This document shows, piece after piece, positions 1-13,240 of a DNA stretch of 64,000 nt. The position numbers were made by a program, and so were the translations under genes. Numbering within the stretch: the stretch's first letter is position 1; every line of letters begins with the position of its first letter. This DNA is from Escherichia coli (GTDB lineage: Bacteria > Pseudomonadota > Gammaproteobacteria > Enterobacterales > Enterobacteriaceae): the NCBI RefSeq assembly GCF_048403405.1, contig NZ_CP183129.1, one strand, 5' to 3'. Under the pieces are notes generated by a model. It had not been told where the DNA came from, searched no databases, and saw only the letters and a list, made by a program, of their open reading frames with translations.

Positions 1-96
<96 letters not shown>

Positions 97-170
97 ACTC
101 CAGGCAAGTTAGTTTTAAAAAATGACTCACAGGGACATCACGTCCTCAATTCAACTCGGGAAGAAAAGCA

Positions 171-758
171 ATGAAAAAAAAGGTTCTGGCAATAGCTCTG
201 GTAACGGTGTTTACCGGCATGGGTGTGGCGCAGGCTGCTGACGTAACAGCTCAGGCTGTAGCGACCTGGTCAGCAACAGCCAAAAAAGACACCACCAGTA
301 AGCTGGTTGTGACGCCACTCGGTAGCCTGGCGTTCCAGTATGCCGAAGGCATTAAAGGTTTTAACTCACAGAAAGGTCTATTTGACGTAGCTATCGAGGG
401 TGACTCAACGGCTACCGCCTTTAAACTGACCTCACGTCTTATCACCAACACCTTAACCCAGTTGGATACCTCAGGTTCCACACTGAATGTGGGCGTTGAT
501 TATAACGGCGCGGCAGTCGAAAAAACTGGCGATACCGTGATGATCGATACCGCCAACGGCGTACTGGGCGGCAACCTTAGCCCACTGGCTAACGGTTACA
601 ATGCCAGCAATCGTACCACCGCACAGGATGGTTTCACTTTCTCCATCATCAGCGGCACCACCAATGGTACCACCGCAGTAACCGATTACAGCACTCTACC
701 GGAAGGCATCTGGAGCGGCGACGTTAGCGTACAGTTCGACGCTACCTGGACCAGTTAA
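171..758 (+). CDS. ecpA: E. coli common pilus major subunit EcpA/MatB
   Basis: 195-aa ORF with signal peptide [22 protein letters not shown]; first gene of a pilin-chaperone-usher-adhesin-chaperone operon. Confidence 0.93.
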
Positions 759-814
759 TCTCTCTGATGTACCAGCAGGGGTACCCCCCTGCTTTATTCC
801 TGGACGGAATTGTT

Positions 815-1483
815 ATGAAAAAGCACCTTCTGCCTCTCGCTCTGCTGTTTTCCGGAATATCTCCGGCCCAGGCGCTGGATGTCGGCGATATATCATCGTT
901 TATGAACAGTGACAGCAGCACGCTGAGCAAAACGATCCAAAACAGTACCGACAGTGGCCGCCTCATCAATATCCGTCTCGAACGGCTCTCTTCACCGCTT
1001 GACGACGGGCAGGTTATCGCAATGGACAAGCCGGATGAGTTGCTACTCACTCCCGCTAGCTTGCTGCTACCCGCCCAAGCCAGCGAAGTGATCCGCTTCT
1101 TCTATAAGGGACCAGCAGATGAAAAAGAGCGCTACTACCGCATTGTCTGGTTTGATCAGGCCCTCAGTGATGCGCAGCGCGATAATGCCAACCGTAGCGC
1201 TGTGGCCACTGCTTCCGCCCGCATCGGCACCATTCTGGTCGTCGCCCCCCGCCAGGCGAACTACCACTTTCAGTACGCCAACGGCTCCCTGACAAATACA
1301 GGAAATGCGACGCTGCGGATCCTCGCCTACGGCCCCTGCCTGAAAGCCGCCAATGGTAAGGAGTGTAAAGAGAATTACTACCTGATGCCGGGCAAGTCGC
1401 GTCGTTTTACCCGCGTGGACACGGCGGATAACAAAGGACGGGTTGCACTTTGGCAGGGTGATAAGTTCATTCCCGTGAAATAG
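815..1483 (+). CDS. ecpB: Ecp pilus periplasmic chaperone
   Basis: Start placed at internal ATG giving [20 protein letters not shown] signal peptide; operon position. Confidence 0.88.
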
Positions 1484-1508
1484 ATAGCTGTGCAGATGGA
1501 TAACGACA

Positions 1509-4034
1509 ATGCCTTTACGACGGTTCTCCCCAGGACTGAAAGCCCAGTTTGCCTTCGGCATGGTCTTTTTGTTCGTTCAGCCCGATGCCAGCGCTGCTGA
1601 CATAAGTGCGCAGCAAATCGGTGGGGTGATTATTCCGCAGGCCTTCAGTCAGGCGCTTCAGGACGGCATGAGCGTCCCGCTCTATATTCATCTTGCCGGT
1701 AGCCAGGGTCGCCAGGACGATCAGCGAATCGGCAGCGCTTTTATCTGGTTGGATGATGGACAGCTACGCATCCGGAAAATACAGCTGGAAGAGAGTGAAG
1801 ATAACGCCAGTGTCAGCGAACAAACTCGACAGCAGCTGATGGCTCTGGCCAACGCCCCGTTCAATGAGGCCCTTACCATCCCCCTGACTGACAACGCGCA
1901 GCTGGATCTCAGCTTGCGCCAACTGCTGCTGCAGCTGGTGGTCAAGCGCGAAGCGCTGGGCACCGTACTACGCTCACGTAGCGAAGACATCGGGCAGTCC
2001 AGTGTTAACACCCTCAGCAGTAATCTGAGCTATAACTTCGGCGTCTATAACAACCAGTTGCGTAACGGCGGGAGCAACACATCCAGCTATCTGTCGCTGA
2101 ATAACGTTACTGCGCTGCGCGAACATCACGTGGTGCTCGACGGCTCACTGTACGGGATTGGTAGCGGTCAACAGGACAGTGAATTATATAAAGCGATGTA
2201 TGAACGCGATTTTGCTGGTCACCGATTTGCCGGTGGAATGCTCGACACCTGGAACTTGCAGTCCTTAGGGCCGATGACCGCCATTTCAGCAGGGAAGATT
2301 TACGGCCTTTCCTGGGGAAACCAGGCCAGCTCCACCATCTTCGACAGCAGCCAGTCAGCCACGCCAGTGATCGCCTTTTTACCGGCGGCGGGCGAAGTAC
2401 ATCTCACCCGTGATGGGCGGCTACTAAGCGTTCAGAACTTCACCATGGGCAATCATGAAGTGGATACCCGGGGTCTACCGTACGGTATTTACGATGTGGA
2501 AGTTGAGGTGATCGTTAACGGTCGCGTGATCAGCAAACGCACTCAACGGGTCAATAAGCTGTTTAGCCGGGGGCGCGGCGTCGGTGCACCACTGGCGTGG
2601 CAGATATGGGGTGGTAGCTTTCATATGGATCGCTGGTCGGAAAACGGGAAAAAGACGCGACCAGCTAAAGAGAGTTGGCTGGCAGGTGCCTCGACCTCCG
2701 GCTCACTGAGTACGCTTAGCTGGGCGGCAACGGGATATGGATACGATAATCAGGCGGTGGGTGAAACCCGTCTGACGCTGCCGCTTGGGGGAGCGATCAA
2801 CGTTAACCTGCAAAATATGCTGGCCAGTGACAGCTCATGGAGCAACATCGCCAGCATCAGCGCCACTCTACCGGGAGGCTTTAGTTCGCTGTGGGTTAAC
2901 CAGGAAAAAACCCGCATTGGCAATCAATTGCGACGTAGCGATGCCGACAACCGTGCAATCGGCGGCACACTCAACCTGAACTCACTGTGGTCGAAGCTGG
3001 GCACATTCAGCATCAGCTACAATGATGACCGCCGTTACAACAGCCATTATTACACGGCAGATTACTATCAAAATGTCTACAGCGGTCCCTTTGGTTCGCT
3101 TGGCCTGCGGGCCGGTATTCAGCGCTATAACAACGGCGACAGCAGCGCCAATACAGGGAAATATATCGCTCTCGATCTCTCGCTACCACTGGGCAACTGG
3201 TTTAGCGCAGGGATGACCCATCAAAACGGCTACACCATGGCAAACCTGTCAGCACGCAAACAGTTTGATGAAGGAACCATTCGCACTGTTGGTGCCAATC
3301 TGTCACGAGCCATCTCCGGCGATACCGGTGATGACAAAACCCTCAGCGGTGGGGCGTATGCACAGTTCGACGCTCGTTACGCCAGCGGAACGCTGAACGT
3401 CAATAGCGCGGCGGACGGCTACATCAATACCAATTTGACCGCCAACGGCAGCGTCGGCTGGCAAGGTAAAAACATCGCTGCCAGCGGGCGGACCGATGGC
3501 AATGCTGGGGTGATATTCGACACTGGCCTGGAGAACGATGGTCAGATCAGCGCCAAAATCAACGGGCGGATTTTCCCGCTTAACGGCAAGCGTAACTATC
3601 TCCCGCTCTCTCCCTATGGAAGATATGAGGTGGAGTTACAGAACAGCAAAAACTCACTCGACAGTTACGATATCGTCAGCGGTCGCAAAAGCCATCTGAC
3701 TCTCTATCCAGGCAATGTCGCTGTCATTGAGCCAGAGGTGAAGCAGATGGTTACCGTCTCCGGTCGTATCCGTGCGGAAGACGGCACACTGCTGGCTAAC
3801 GCACGGATTAACAACCATATCGGCCGAACCCGAACCGATGAAAACGGCGAGTTTGTCATGGACGTGGACAAGAAATACCCCACTATCGATTTTCGCTACA
3901 GTGGCAATAAAACCTGCGAAGTGGCACTGGAACTCAACCAGGCGCGCGGTGCCGTCTGGGTCGGTGATGTGGTCTGCAGCGGCCTCTCATCGTGGGCGGC
4001 GGTGACGCAGACAGGAGAAGAGAATGAGAGTTAA
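1509..4034 (+). CDS. ecpC: Ecp pilus outer-membrane usher
   Basis: 841-aa ORF with signal peptide; size and position typical of a fimbrial usher. Confidence 0.9.
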   Translation: MPLRRFSPGLKAQFAFGMVFLFVQPDASAADISAQQIGGVIIPQAFSQALQDGMSVPLYIHLAGSQGRQDDQRIGSAFIWLDDGQLRIRKIQLEESEDNASVSEQTRQQLMALANAPFNEALTIPLTDNAQLDLSLRQLLLQLVVKREALGTVLRSRSEDIGQSSVNTLSSNLSYNFGVYNNQLRNGGSNTSSYLSLNNVTALREHHVVLDGSLYGIGSGQQDSELYKAMYERDFAGHRFAGGMLDTWNLQSLGPMTAISAGKIYGLSWGNQASSTIFDSSQSATPVIAFLPAAGEVHLTRDGRLLSVQNFTMGNHEVDTRGLPYGIYDVEVEVIVNGRVISKRTQRVNKLFSRGRGVGAPLAWQIWGGSFHMDRWSENGKKTRPAKESWLAGASTSGSLSTLSWAATGYGYDNQAVGETRLTLPLGGAINVNLQNMLASDSSWSNIASISATLPGGFSSLWVNQEKTRIGNQLRRSDADNRAIGGTLNLNSLWSKLGTFSISYNDDRRYNSHYYTADYYQNVYSGPFGSLGLRAGIQRYNNGDSSANTGKYIALDLSLPLGNWFSAGMTHQNGYTMANLSARKQFDEGTIRTVGANLSRAISGDTGDDKTLSGGAYAQFDARYASGTLNVNSAADGYINTNLTANGSVGWQGKNIAASGRTDGNAGVIFDTGLENDGQISAKINGRIFPLNGKRNYLPLSPYGRYEVELQNSKNSLDSYDIVSGRKSHLTLYPGNVAVIEPEVKQMVTVSGRIRAEDGTLLANARINNHIGRTRTDENGEFVMDVDKKYPTIDFRYSGNKTCEVALELNQARGAVWVGDVVCSGLSSWAAVTQTGEENES

Positions 4035-5667
4035 CCTACTGATAGCGATGATAATCGTTGCGCTAATCTGGCCTGCAACCGCGCTCAGAGCGGCAGTGAG
4101 CAAAACAACCTGGGCGGATGCACCGGCACGCGAGTTTGTGTTTGTCGAAAACAACTCAGACGACAACTTTTTCGTCACTCCTGGCGGGGCGCTGGATCCG
4201 CGCCTGACCGGTGCCAACCGCTGGACCGGTTTAAAATACAATGGTTCAGGAACCATCTATCAGCAAAGTCTCGGCTACATTGATAACGGTTACAACACCG
4301 GCCTTTATACCAACTGGAAGTTTGATATGTGGCTGGAAAATTCACCAGTTTCATCTCCTTTAACTGGCTTGCGCTGCATCAACTGGTACGCAGGGTGTAA
4401 TATGACCACCAGTCTTATCCTGCCGCAAACCACCGACGCCAGTGGATTTTATGGCGCGACGGTGACCAGCGGCGGCGCGAAGTGGATGCACGGCATGTTG
4501 TCAGACGCGTTTTACCAGTATCTGCAACAAATGCCCGTCGGCAGCAGCTTTACAATGACCATCAATGCCTGCCAGACCTCTGTGAACTATGACGCCAGTA
4601 GCGGCGCACGCTGTAAGGATCAGGCCTCCGGCAACTGGTATGTTCGCAACGTCACCCATACGAAAGCAGCAAATCTGCGGTTGATAAATACCCACTCGCT
4701 GGCGGAAGTATTTATCAACAGCGACGGAGTACCGACTCTGGGCGAAGGGAACGCCGACTGCCGGACGCAAACCATCGGCAGCCGTTCAGGATTAAGTTGT
4801 AAGATGGTTAACTATACCCTGCAAACAAACGGACTCAGCAACACCTCAATCCATATATTCCCGGCGATCGCCAACTCGTCGTTAGCCTCGGCCGTCGGGG
4901 CGTACGATATGCAGTTCAGTCTGAATGGCAGTTCATGGAAACCGGTGAGCAATACTGCCTATTACTACACCTTCAACGAGATGAAGAGCGCAGACTCGAT
5001 CTATGTTTTCTTCTCGAGCAACTTCTTTAAACAGATGGTGAACCTCGGGATCAGCGATATCAACACCAAAGATCTATTCAACTTTCGCTTTCAGAACACC
5101 ACATCACCGGAGTCTGGCTGGTATGAATTTTCTACCTCCAACACGCTGATTATCAAACCCCGTGATTTCAGCATCAGTATTATCTCCGATGAATATACTC
5201 AGACACCGTCGCGGGAGGGATATGTCGGCAGCGGCGAGTCGGCACTCGATTTCGGCTATATCGTAACCACCAGCGGTAAAACAGCTGCCGACGAAGTGCT
5301 GATCAAGGTGACCGGACCCGCGCAGGTGATTGGCGGGCGCTCCTATTGTGTCTTCAGCTCCGATGACGGTAAGGCGAAAGTACCGTTCCCGGCGACGCTT
5401 TCCTTTATTACCCGCAACGGAGCTACAAAAACCTACGATGCCGGGTGCGATGATAGCTGGCGGGATATGACCGATGCGCTGTGGCTGACCACACCGTGGA
5501 CTGATATCTCTGGCGAAGTGGGGCAGATGGATAAGACCACAGTCAAATTTTCGATTCCAATGGATAACGCCATTTCGCTGCGTACGGTAGATGATAACGG
5601 CTGGTTTGGCGAAGTCAGCGCTTCAGGAGAAATTCATGTTCAGGCGACGTGGCGTAACATTAACTAA
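4024..5667 (+). CDS. ecpD: Ecp pilus tip adhesin subunit
   Basis: 547-aa secreted protein, overlaps ecpC end; operon position. Confidence 0.88.
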   Translation: MRVNLLIAMIIVALIWPATALRAAVSKTTWADAPAREFVFVENNSDDNFFVTPGGALDPRLTGANRWTGLKYNGSGTIYQQSLGYIDNGYNTGLYTNWKFDMWLENSPVSSPLTGLRCINWYAGCNMTTSLILPQTTDASGFYGATVTSGGAKWMHGMLSDAFYQYLQQMPVGSSFTMTINACQTSVNYDASSGARCKDQASGNWYVRNVTHTKAANLRLINTHSLAEVFINSDGVPTLGEGNADCRTQTIGSRSGLSCKMVNYTLQTNGLSNTSIHIFPAIANSSLASAVGAYDMQFSLNGSSWKPVSNTAYYYTFNEMKSADSIYVFFSSNFFKQMVNLGISDINTKDLFNFRFQNTTSPESGWYEFSTSNTLIIKPRDFSISIISDEYTQTPSREGYVGSGESALDFGYIVTTSGKTAADEVLIKVTGPAQVIGGRSYCVFSSDDGKAKVPFPATLSFITRNGATKTYDAGCDDSWRDMTDALWLTTPWTDISGEVGQMDKTTVKFSIPMDNAISLRTVDDNGWFGEVSASGEIHVQATWRNIN

Positions 5668-6346
5668 GGCCCTGCTGACAGCGGTCTGTATGCTGGCGGC
5701 ACCTTTGACACAGGCGATTTCGGTCGGCAATCTGACATTTTCGCTGCCGTCCGAGACTGACTTTGTCAGCAAACGTGTAGTGAATAACAACAAAAGCGCA
5801 CGGATATACCGTATTGCCATCAGTGCTATCGATAGCCCGGGCAGCAGTGAATTGCGCACCCGACCGGTGGATGGTGAACTGCTTTTCGCCCCCCGCCAGC
5901 TGGCGTTGCAGGCTGGTGAGAGCGAGTATTTTAAATTTTACTATCATGGTCCACGGGATAACCGCGAGCGCTACTACCGGGTCTCATTTCGCGAGGTCCC
6001 CACTCGCAACCAGACAAGACGCAGCCCAACCGGCGGCGAGGTTAGCACGGAGCCGGTGGTGGTGATGGTTACCATTCTGGTAGTACGACCACGTCAGGTT
6101 CAATTTAAATGGTCCTTCGACCAGGTGACAGGAACGGTAAGTAACACTGGCAACACATGGTTTAAGCTACTGATTAAGCCAGGATGTGATTCGACCGAAG
6201 AGGAAGGCGATGCCTGGTACCTACGTCCGGGAGACGTTGTTCATCAGCCTGAGTTACGTCAGCCGGGGAATCATTATCTGGTCTATAACGACAAATTCAT
6301 TAAGATTAGCGATTCCTGTCCGGCTAAGCCCCCTTCGGCGGACTAA
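5636..6346 (+). CDS. ecpE: Ecp pilus second chaperone
   Basis: Start at [14 protein letters not shown]; 236 aa; shares motifs with EcpB ([19 protein letters not shown] vs [20 protein letters not shown]). Confidence 0.85.
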   Translation: MFRRRGVTLTKALLTAVCMLAAPLTQAISVGNLTFSLPSETDFVSKRVVNNNKSARIYRIAISAIDSPGSSELRTRPVDGELLFAPRQLALQAGESEYFKFYYHGPRDNRERYYRVSFREVPTRNQTRRSPTGGEVSTEPVVVMVTILVVRPRQVQFKWSFDQVTGTVSNTGNTWFKLLIKPGCDSTEEEGDAWYLRPGDVVHQPELRQPGNHYLVYNDKFIKISDSCPAKPPSAD

Positions 6347-6658
6347 GACTTATCCATCGGTCAAGGGAAGAACTCCACCTCAGAGACTCAAAAATCGTTT
6401 AAATAATGTGGAAGCGATCGTCAATGTCACCTGTAACGATGGGCTTTCTCATATGTACACCATAGTGTTCAGGAGACGCGGAAAGGTACCAGGCAGCCTG
6501 CTAACGAGTGGTTTATTCACGAATTAGTACGTAAAATCGGTAACGGCTGGAAATCATTCAATACTCACACTATCGAAAGTTCCCCAGCCAACCGCGGTAC
6601 GTTCTTACATACGATGTACCGCTGTTCTCTTTACGATTTATAGCTGTACTGGTGAATT

Positions 6659-6988
6659 ATGAGCAATCTGAATCCATGCATGACGTGTGGTGCCTGTTGT
6701 GCATTTTTCCGCGTCTCTTTTTACTGGGCCGAAGCCGACGATGCTGGCGGTACCATTCCCGCCAGGCTCACTGAACAAATATCCCCTTTTCACCGATGCA
6801 TGAGCGGTACCAATCAGAAAAACCCCCGATGTATTGCCCTTGCAGGAACACCGGGCAAAAATGCCTGCTGCACGATATATAAAAATCGATCGTCCACGTG
6901 CAGAGAATTCGCCATGTCTGGTGAGAACGGAGTCGTCAATGAGGCTTGCAATCGTGCAAGAGCTAAATACGGGCTGACACCGTTATAA
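6659..6988 (+). CDS. ykgJ: YkgJ-family putative zinc/iron-sulfur cluster protein (UPF0153)
   Basis: 109-aa ORF with [11 protein letters not shown] and further Cys motifs. Confidence 0.85.
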
Positions 6989-7011
6989 ATATGCAATAAT
7001 TAATTGCACTG

Positions 7012-7044
7012 CCCCGCCAGCTATAATCGCGGGGCTTCGTTTTT
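7012..7044 (+). terminator. Putative rho-independent terminator downstream of ykgJ
   Basis: ccccgc ... gcgggg stem followed by cttcgttttt. Confidence 0.4.
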
Positions 7045-7195
7045 CAGGGATAACAAAACCCGAAACTTCTTCCATCTGCCAGCAACAATGCCTCTTCCTC
7101 TATAGTGTTCTCCGGATCTACAGCATCCTGAAGTAGCGCGATGTACTCACGGGCTATCTGCTTCAGAAAGTAAAAAGCAATGTTTTTAACCTATA

Positions 7196-7223
7196 AAAAT
7201 GGCGCTGCATTTGCGCCATTTTT
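7196..7223. terminator. Putative bidirectional terminator between ykgJ and yagU
   Basis: aaaatggcgc-tgcattt-gcgccatttt perfect hairpin flanked by A and T runs on both sides. Confidence 0.5.
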
Positions 7224-7236
7224 ATTATTCAATGCA

Positions 7237-7851
7237 TTATCTGTTTGAGCCTAAAGGGATCTCAGGGTCTGGCTCATGAGTAATTCTGTTTCGTAAATCT
7301 CTGCGAATAATTTCAATGGACCAGAACCAGACTAAATGTCCAAAAATTTCAGAAACATTCTCATACCACGGGAGATCAAACAGAGGTGGCGTCAGTCCCA
7401 TGAGAGGGAATGAAATCATATGAACAAAAAGTTGGGCTAAAGCACCTGCCAGTAAGCCCTGCCAGAGTTTAATTTTTGGAAATACTTCAGCGACCACACA
7501 ATAACCGACAGCAAACACTATCGAAAAGATAATGTGCGTAACACCAACCCAGTTAAAGACATGCCCGGCAAAGGTATAAACAGCCGCATTGGGATCTGTC
7601 AGCCCCAACCAGTCTCGAAGAAAAATATACGGAGGATTGAGAAAATTACGGGAGCAATCAATTTGCCCAGCAGCCCTGATTAATGATTCCGGGCCACACG
7701 CTGCATTAAACATATCCACCGGGCTACGTGGCGGCAATGGAACTTCAGCCCCCCACTTCACAAATGCGGAAACAACGCCAGCAATCAGCCCAATGAATGC
7801 AGCAAGACCATAACGTCTGCGGTTCGGTGGAGTTTGTTCAAATATATTCAT
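7237..7851 (-). CDS. yagU: Inner membrane protein YagU (DUF1440)
   Basis: 204-aa [33 protein letters not shown], multi-TM. Confidence 0.9.
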
Positions 7852-8257
7852 ATCTACCCTGCTTGTACCATTATGTTATACACCTCTTCAGGAGTATTCA
7901 TAAAATAAGACAAATGTAAAGAACTGTATTGTTTTGTATAACAAGATAGTTTCCTAATCGCCAATGAATATAAGCACCATCATTTCTCCCTATTTTTATG
8001 TTAGAAGTGACAAAGATTTGTAGGGTGATGCAGAGCTGACAATCACAGGTTTCCTTATCGGTTTTTGCATCGTACAACTAAAGCAATAAACGAGCTCCCG
8101 TCATCGGCGAATATGAATTAATTAGCCGGGCTCATAGCTGCATTCGCGTTTTAAGAATAATCCTCCTGCTCTCACCGACTATGCTTAACGTTTAAAAAAG
8201 CATCAGCACTCTCGCAACGCTCTCTTATTTTCCCCTTTAGAATACCGGAGGCCTGGT

Positions 8258-8947
8258 ATGAGCAACCAAGGCGAATACCCCGAAGATAATCGGGTTGGGA
8301 AGCACGAGCCGCACGATTTTAGTTTGACCCGTCGCGATCTGATTAAAGTCAGCGCCGCAACGGCGGCGACCGCCGTGGTTTATCCTCATTCTACGCTTGC
8401 AGCAAGCGTTCCGGCAGCTACACCCGCGCCAGAGATAATGCCCCTGACACTTAAGGTGAACGGCAAAACCGAGCAGTTGGACGTTGATACCCGAACCACG
8501 CTACTGGACGCTTTGCGTGAAAATCTGCATCTGATCGGTACCAAGAAAGGTTGCGATCACGGGCAGTGCGGAGCCTGTACCGTGCTGGTCAATGGTCGCA
8601 GGCTTAATGCCTGCCTGACGCTTGCAGTCATGCATCAGGGGGCCGAGATCACCACCATTGAAGGCCTGGGTTCACCAGAGAATCTTCACCCCATGCAGGC
8701 GGCCTTTATCAAGCATGATGGCTTCCAGTGCGGCTACTGCACCTCCGGGCAAATTTGCTCATCAGTAGCGGTGCTAAAAGAGATTCAGGACGGCATTCCC
8801 AGTCACGTCACGGTCGATTTGGTTTCCCCTCCAGAAAGAACGGCCGATGAGATCCGTGAACGTATGAGCGGCAACATCTGTCGCTGTGGAGCATACGCTA
8901 ACATCCTTGCCGCCATTGAAGACGCTGCGGGGGAGATAAAATCATGA
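8258..8947 (+). CDS. paoA: Periplasmic aldehyde oxidoreductase, 2Fe-2S subunit PaoA (Tat signal)
   Basis: Twin-arginine motif LTRRDLIKV; two Cys clusters ([11 protein letters not shown] and CRCGAY) typical of 2Fe-2S ferredoxin subunits. Confidence 0.95.
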   Translation: MSNQGEYPEDNRVGKHEPHDFSLTRRDLIKVSAATAATAVVYPHSTLAASVPAATPAPEIMPLTLKVNGKTEQLDVDTRTTLLDALRENLHLIGTKKGCDHGQCGACTVLVNGRRLNACLTLAVMHQGAEITTIEGLGSPENLHPMQAAFIKHDGFQCGYCTSGQICSSVAVLKEIQDGIPSHVTVDLVSPPERTADEIRERMSGNICRCGAYANILAAIEDAAGEIKS

Positions 8948-9900
8948 AGGCGTTTACCTATGAACGAGTGAACACCCCGGCCGAGGCGGCACTTAGCGCT
9001 CAGCGCGTACCCGGCGCAAAATTTATCGCTGGCGGGACCAATCTGCTGGACCTGATGAAGCTGGAAATTGAAACGCCAACCCACCTTATCGATGTGAACG
9101 GGCTCGGGCTCGATAAGATTGAAGTGACCGACGCGGGTGGGCTGCGCATCGGCGCACTGGTACGGAACACCGACCTGGCAGCTCACGAGCGCGTGCGTCG
9201 TGATTACGCGGTACTCTCCCGCGCCCTGCTCGCTGGCGCGTCTGGTCAGTTACGTAATCAGGCAACCACCGCAGGTAATCTGCTCCAGCGCACGCGCTGC
9301 CCCTATTTTTACGACACCAATCAGCCCTGCAATAAGCGCCTGCCCGGGAGCGGCTGCGCGGCACTTGAAGGCTTTAGCCGTCAGCACGCGGTGGTAGGCG
9401 TAAGCGAAGCCTGCATTGCCACCCATCCGAGCGATATGGCGGTCGCAATGCGGTTGCTGGATGCGGTGGTGGAAACCATCACGCCGGAGGGAAAGACTCG
9501 CAGTATCACACTGGCTGATTTTTATCACCCTCCAGGAAAAACGCCGCACATTGAAACCGCCCTGCTTCCCGGTGAGCTTATCGTTGCGGTGACGTTACCT
9601 CCGCCGCTCGGCGGAAAACATATTTACCGTAAGGTGCGCGATCGCGCCTCCTACGCCTTTGCCCTGGTATCGGTCGCAGCGATTATTCAGCCTAACGGCA
9701 GCGGGCGCGTCGCGCTGGGCGGAGTAGCACATAAGCCCTGGCGCATTGAGGCTGCGGATGCTCAGCTATCCCAGGGGGCGCAGGCCGTGTATGACGCGCT
9801 GTTCGCCAGCGCCCATCCCACCACTGAAAACACCTTTAAACTCCTGTTGGCGAAGCGAACGCTTGCCTCCGTACTGGCTGAAGCGAGGGCACAGGCATGA
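8944..9900 (+). CDS. paoB: Aldehyde oxidoreductase FAD-binding subunit PaoB
   Basis: 318-aa ORF overlapping paoA stop; CO-dehydrogenase flavoprotein-like. Confidence 0.93.
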   Translation: MKAFTYERVNTPAEAALSAQRVPGAKFIAGGTNLLDLMKLEIETPTHLIDVNGLGLDKIEVTDAGGLRIGALVRNTDLAAHERVRRDYAVLSRALLAGASGQLRNQATTAGNLLQRTRCPYFYDTNQPCNKRLPGSGCAALEGFSRQHAVVGVSEACIATHPSDMAVAMRLLDAVVETITPEGKTRSITLADFYHPPGKTPHIETALLPGELIVAVTLPPPLGGKHIYRKVRDRASYAFALVSVAAIIQPNGSGRVALGGVAHKPWRIEAADAQLSQGAQAVYDALFASAHPTTENTFKLLLAKRTLASVLAEARAQA

Positions 9901-12095
9901 AATTTGATAAACCCGCAGGGGAAAACCCGATTGATCAGCTGAAGGTTGTCGGTCGTCCCCATGACCGTATCGACGGACCGCTGAAAACTACCGGCACGGC
10001 ACGCTACGCCTACGAATGGCATGAAGAAGCCCCCAACGCCGCCTATGGTTATATCGTCGGTTCCGCCATTGCCAAAGGATGCCTCACCGCCCTCGATACG
10101 GACGCCGCGCAAAAAGCGCCGGGCGTACTGGCTGTCATTACCGCCAGTAACGCCGGGGCACTCGGCAAAGGCGACAAAAACACCGCCAGGCTGTTAGGCG
10201 GCCCCACTATTGAGCACTATCATCAGGCCATTGCGCTGGTAGTGGCCGAGACCTTCGAACAGGCACGAGCGGCGGCCTCGCTGGTGCAGGCGCACTATCG
10301 CCGTAATAAAGGAGCTTACTCCCTGGCGGACGAGAAACAGGCCGTCAGTCAGCCGCCGGAAGACACGCCCGATAAAAATGTTGGTGACTTTGACGGGGCT
10401 TTCACCTCCGCTGCGGTGAAGATTGATGCTACCTACACGACCCCGGACCAGAGCCATATGGCGATGGAACCGCATGCCTCGATGGCCGTCTGGGATGGAA
10501 ATAAGCTTACCCTCTGGACCTCAAATCAGATGATTGACTGGTGCCGCACCGATCTGGCAAAAACGCTGAAAGTGCCCGTGGAGAATGTGCGTATTATCTC
10601 CCCGTATATCGGTGGAGGGTTTGGCGGCAAGCTGTTCCTGAGAAGCGATGCGCTGCTGGCGGCCCTCGCCGCCCGTGCGGTGAAACGTCCGGTTAAAGTG
10701 ATGCTCCCCCGCCCCACTATTCCCAATAACACCACGCACCGCCCCGCCACCCTTCAGCACCTGCGTATCGGTGCCGACCAGAGCGGGAAAATCACTGCTA
10801 TCTCACATGAAAGCTGGTCCGGAAACCTGCCCGGCGGCACGCCGGAAACGGCGGTACAGCAAAGCGAATTTCTTTACGCAGGGGCGAATCGTCATACAGG
10901 CCTGCGGCTCGCCACGCTTGATTTGCCGGAAGGGAACGCCATGCGTGCGCCCGGCGAAGCCCCCGGTCTGATGGCGCTCGAAATCGCGATCGACGAACTG
11001 GCGGAAAAAGCGGGCATCGATCCCGTCGAGTTTCGCATCCTGAATGACACTCAGGTTGACCCCGCCGACCCGACGCGCCGCTTCTCTCGCCGTCAGCTTA
11101 TTGAGTGCTTGCGCACCGGAGCGGATAAATTTGGCTGGAAGCAGCGAAACGCCACCCCCGGACAGGTACGCGACGGGGAGTGGCTAGTCGGCCACGGTGT
11201 TGCGGCGGGCTTTCGCAATAATCTGCTGGAAAAATCGGGTGCGCGGGTTCACCTGGAGCAAAACGGCACCGTTACCGTGGAAACGGACATGACCGATATT
11301 GGCACTGGCAGCTACACCATTCTGGCCCAGACGGCAGCGGAAATGCTTGGCGTACCGCTGGAGCAGGTTGCGGTTCACCTCGGCGATTCCAGTTTCCCGG
11401 TTTCTGCGGGTTCTGGTGGACAATGGGGCGCGAATACCTCCACCTCCGGCGTTTACGCCGCCTGTGTGAAACTTCGCGAAATGATTGCCTCGGCAGTCGG
11501 GTTTGATCCTGAGCAGTCGCAGTTTGCCGACGGCAAGATTACCAACGATACCCGAAGCGCCACGCTACATGAGGCCACCGCAGGCGGCAGACTGACAGCG
11601 GAAGAGAGCATTGAATTCGGAACAATGAGCAAGGAGTACCAGCAATCGACCTTTGCCGGGCATTTTGTGGAGGTCGGCGTGCATAGCGCGACGGGAGAAG
11701 TTCGGGTCCGGCGTATGCTCGCCGTGTGCGCAGCGGGGCGCATTCTGAATCCGAAAACTGCACGCAGCCAGGTCATTGGCGCAATGACTATGGGCATGGG
11801 CGCGGCACTGATGGAGGAGCTGGCGGTAGATGACCGTTTGGGCTACTTCGTTAATCACGATATGGCGGGGTATGAGGTGCCGGTCCATGCGGATATCCCA
11901 AAACAGGAGGTGATTTTCCTGGATGATACCGACCCCATCTCCTCCCCGATGAAGGCCAAAGGTGTCGGTGAGCTGGGCCTGTGCGGCGTGAGCGCGGCTA
12001 TCGCCAACGCGGTGTATAACGCCACCGGTATTCGGGTACGGGATTATCCCATCACTCTGGATAAGCTGCTCGATAAACTGCCGGATGTGGTTTAA
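9897..12095 (+). CDS. paoC: Aldehyde oxidoreductase molybdopterin-binding subunit PaoC
   Basis: 732-aa ORF; xanthine dehydrogenase large-subunit-like. Confidence 0.95.
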   Translation: MKFDKPAGENPIDQLKVVGRPHDRIDGPLKTTGTARYAYEWHEEAPNAAYGYIVGSAIAKGCLTALDTDAAQKAPGVLAVITASNAGALGKGDKNTARLLGGPTIEHYHQAIALVVAETFEQARAAASLVQAHYRRNKGAYSLADEKQAVSQPPEDTPDKNVGDFDGAFTSAAVKIDATYTTPDQSHMAMEPHASMAVWDGNKLTLWTSNQMIDWCRTDLAKTLKVPVENVRIISPYIGGGFGGKLFLRSDALLAALAARAVKRPVKVMLPRPTIPNNTTHRPATLQHLRIGADQSGKITAISHESWSGNLPGGTPETAVQQSEFLYAGANRHTGLRLATLDLPEGNAMRAPGEAPGLMALEIAIDELAEKAGIDPVEFRILNDTQVDPADPTRRFSRRQLIECLRTGADKFGWKQRNATPGQVRDGEWLVGHGVAAGFRNNLLEKSGARVHLEQNGTVTVETDMTDIGTGSYTILAQTAAEMLGVPLEQVAVHLGDSSFPVSAGSGGQWGANTSTSGVYAACVKLREMIASAVGFDPEQSQFADGKITNDTRSATLHEATAGGRLTAEESIEFGTMSKEYQQSTFAGHFVEVGVHSATGEVRVRRMLAVCAAGRILNPKTARSQVIGAMTMGMGAALMEELAVDDRLGYFVNHDMAGYEVPVHADIPKQEVIFLDDTDPISSPMKAKGVGELGLCGVSAAIANAVYNATGIRVRDYPITLDKLLDKLPDVV

Positions 12096-12104
12096 GGAGG
12101 AACA

Positions 12105-13061
12105 ATGTCATACTCGCTTTTTGACAAAGACGAGCACTGGCATAAGCCAGAGCAGGCGTTTCTCACCGATGACCACCGGACCATTCTGCGCTTCGCCGTA
12201 GAGGCGCTAATGTCCGGTAAAGGAGCGGTGCTGGTGACGCTGGTGGAGATACGCGGCGGCGCGGCGCGCCCGCTCGGGGCGCAGATGGTGGTGCGCGAAG
12301 ATGGTCGTTACTGCGGTTTTGTCTCTGGCGGCTGCGTGGAGGCCGCTGCCGCTTTTGAAGCGCTGGAGATGATGGGCTCAGGCCGCGATCGCGAAATTCG
12401 CTATGGTGAAGGTTCGCCGTGGTTTGACATCGTTCTGCCCTGCGGCGGTGGGATCACGCTGACGCTCCATAAACTACGCTCGGCACAGCCTCTGCTCGCC
12501 GTGCTGAACCGCCTGGAACAGAGAAAACCGGCGGGTCTGCGCTACGATCCGCAAGCTCAATCGCTGGTGTGCCTGCCCACGCAAACCCGGACGGGCTGGA
12601 ATCTCAATGGCTTTGAGGTGGGGTTCAGACCATGCGTCAGTCTGATGATTTACGGACGTTCTCTTGAGGCGCAGGCAACCGCGAGTCTTGCAGCAGCCAC
12701 AGGCTATGACAGCCATATCTTCGATCTTTTTCCGGCCTCAGCCAGCGCTCAGATCGATACCGATACGGCGGTCATTTTGCTGTGCCATGATCTCAACCGG
12801 GAGCTGCCAGTGTTGCAGGCCGCGCGAGAGGCAAAACCCTTTTATCTCGGCGCATTGGGCAGCTATCGAACCCACACTTTACGTCTGCAAAAGCTCCACG
12901 AGCTGGGATGGTCCAGGGAGGAGACAGCGCAAATCCGGGCACCCGTCGGGATATTCCCCAAAGCCCGGGATGCGCATACTCTGGCACTCTCCGTGCTGGC
13001 AGAAGTCGCCTCTGTACGTCTCCATCAGGAGGAGGATTCATGCCTGCCCCCGTCGTCCTGA
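12105..13061 (+). CDS. paoD: XdhC-like molybdenum cofactor insertion chaperone PaoD
   Basis: 318-aa ORF immediately after paoC. Confidence 0.9.
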   Translation: MSYSLFDKDEHWHKPEQAFLTDDHRTILRFAVEALMSGKGAVLVTLVEIRGGAARPLGAQMVVREDGRYCGFVSGGCVEAAAAFEALEMMGSGRDREIRYGEGSPWFDIVLPCGGGITLTLHKLRSAQPLLAVLNRLEQRKPAGLRYDPQAQSLVCLPTQTRTGWNLNGFEVGFRPCVSLMIYGRSLEAQATASLAAATGYDSHIFDLFPASASAQIDTDTAVILLCHDLNRELPVLQAAREAKPFYLGALGSYRTHTLRLQKLHELGWSREETAQIRAPVGIFPKARDAHTLALSVLAEVASVRLHQEEDSCLPPSS

Positions 13062-13125
13062 TCCTTGCGGCCGGGCGTGGAGAGCGCTTTCTCGCCTCCG
13101 GGGGAAATACCCATAAATTAAGAGA
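13040..13125 (+). pseudogene. Possible 5' remnant of a MobA/MocA-like nucleotidyltransferase gene
   Basis: ATG overlapping paoD stop encodes MPAPVVLILAAGRGERFLASGGNTHKL, resembling the N-terminal NTP-transferase motif; similarity is lost after about 28 codons. Confidence 0.3.
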
Positions 13126-13240
13126 AAAATCTGCAGTAGCCGTTTTAGAAAATCACCTAAATCGTTTAAAAGAGCACCCAACCCATAGTGGGCGCTCATC
13201 GCCTTGTGTAACTTATTCAGCAACGCGCGCCCTCGCCGGA

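Noticed and set aside
1067-1561. 164-aa minus-strand ORF
   Set aside because: Antisense to ecpB and the ecpC start; the ecp operon assignment is much better supported.
6186-6527. 113-aa + strand ORF overlapping the ecpE 3' end
   Set aside because: Overlaps ecpE in another frame and runs into intergenic sequence; no recognisable features.
12664-13116. 150-aa + strand ORF, and the 12908-13369 ORF as a full gene
   Set aside because: Mostly out-of-frame overlap with paoD; only the short MobA-like N-terminal stretch after 13040 looks meaningful, and that is reported separately as a low-confidence remnant.
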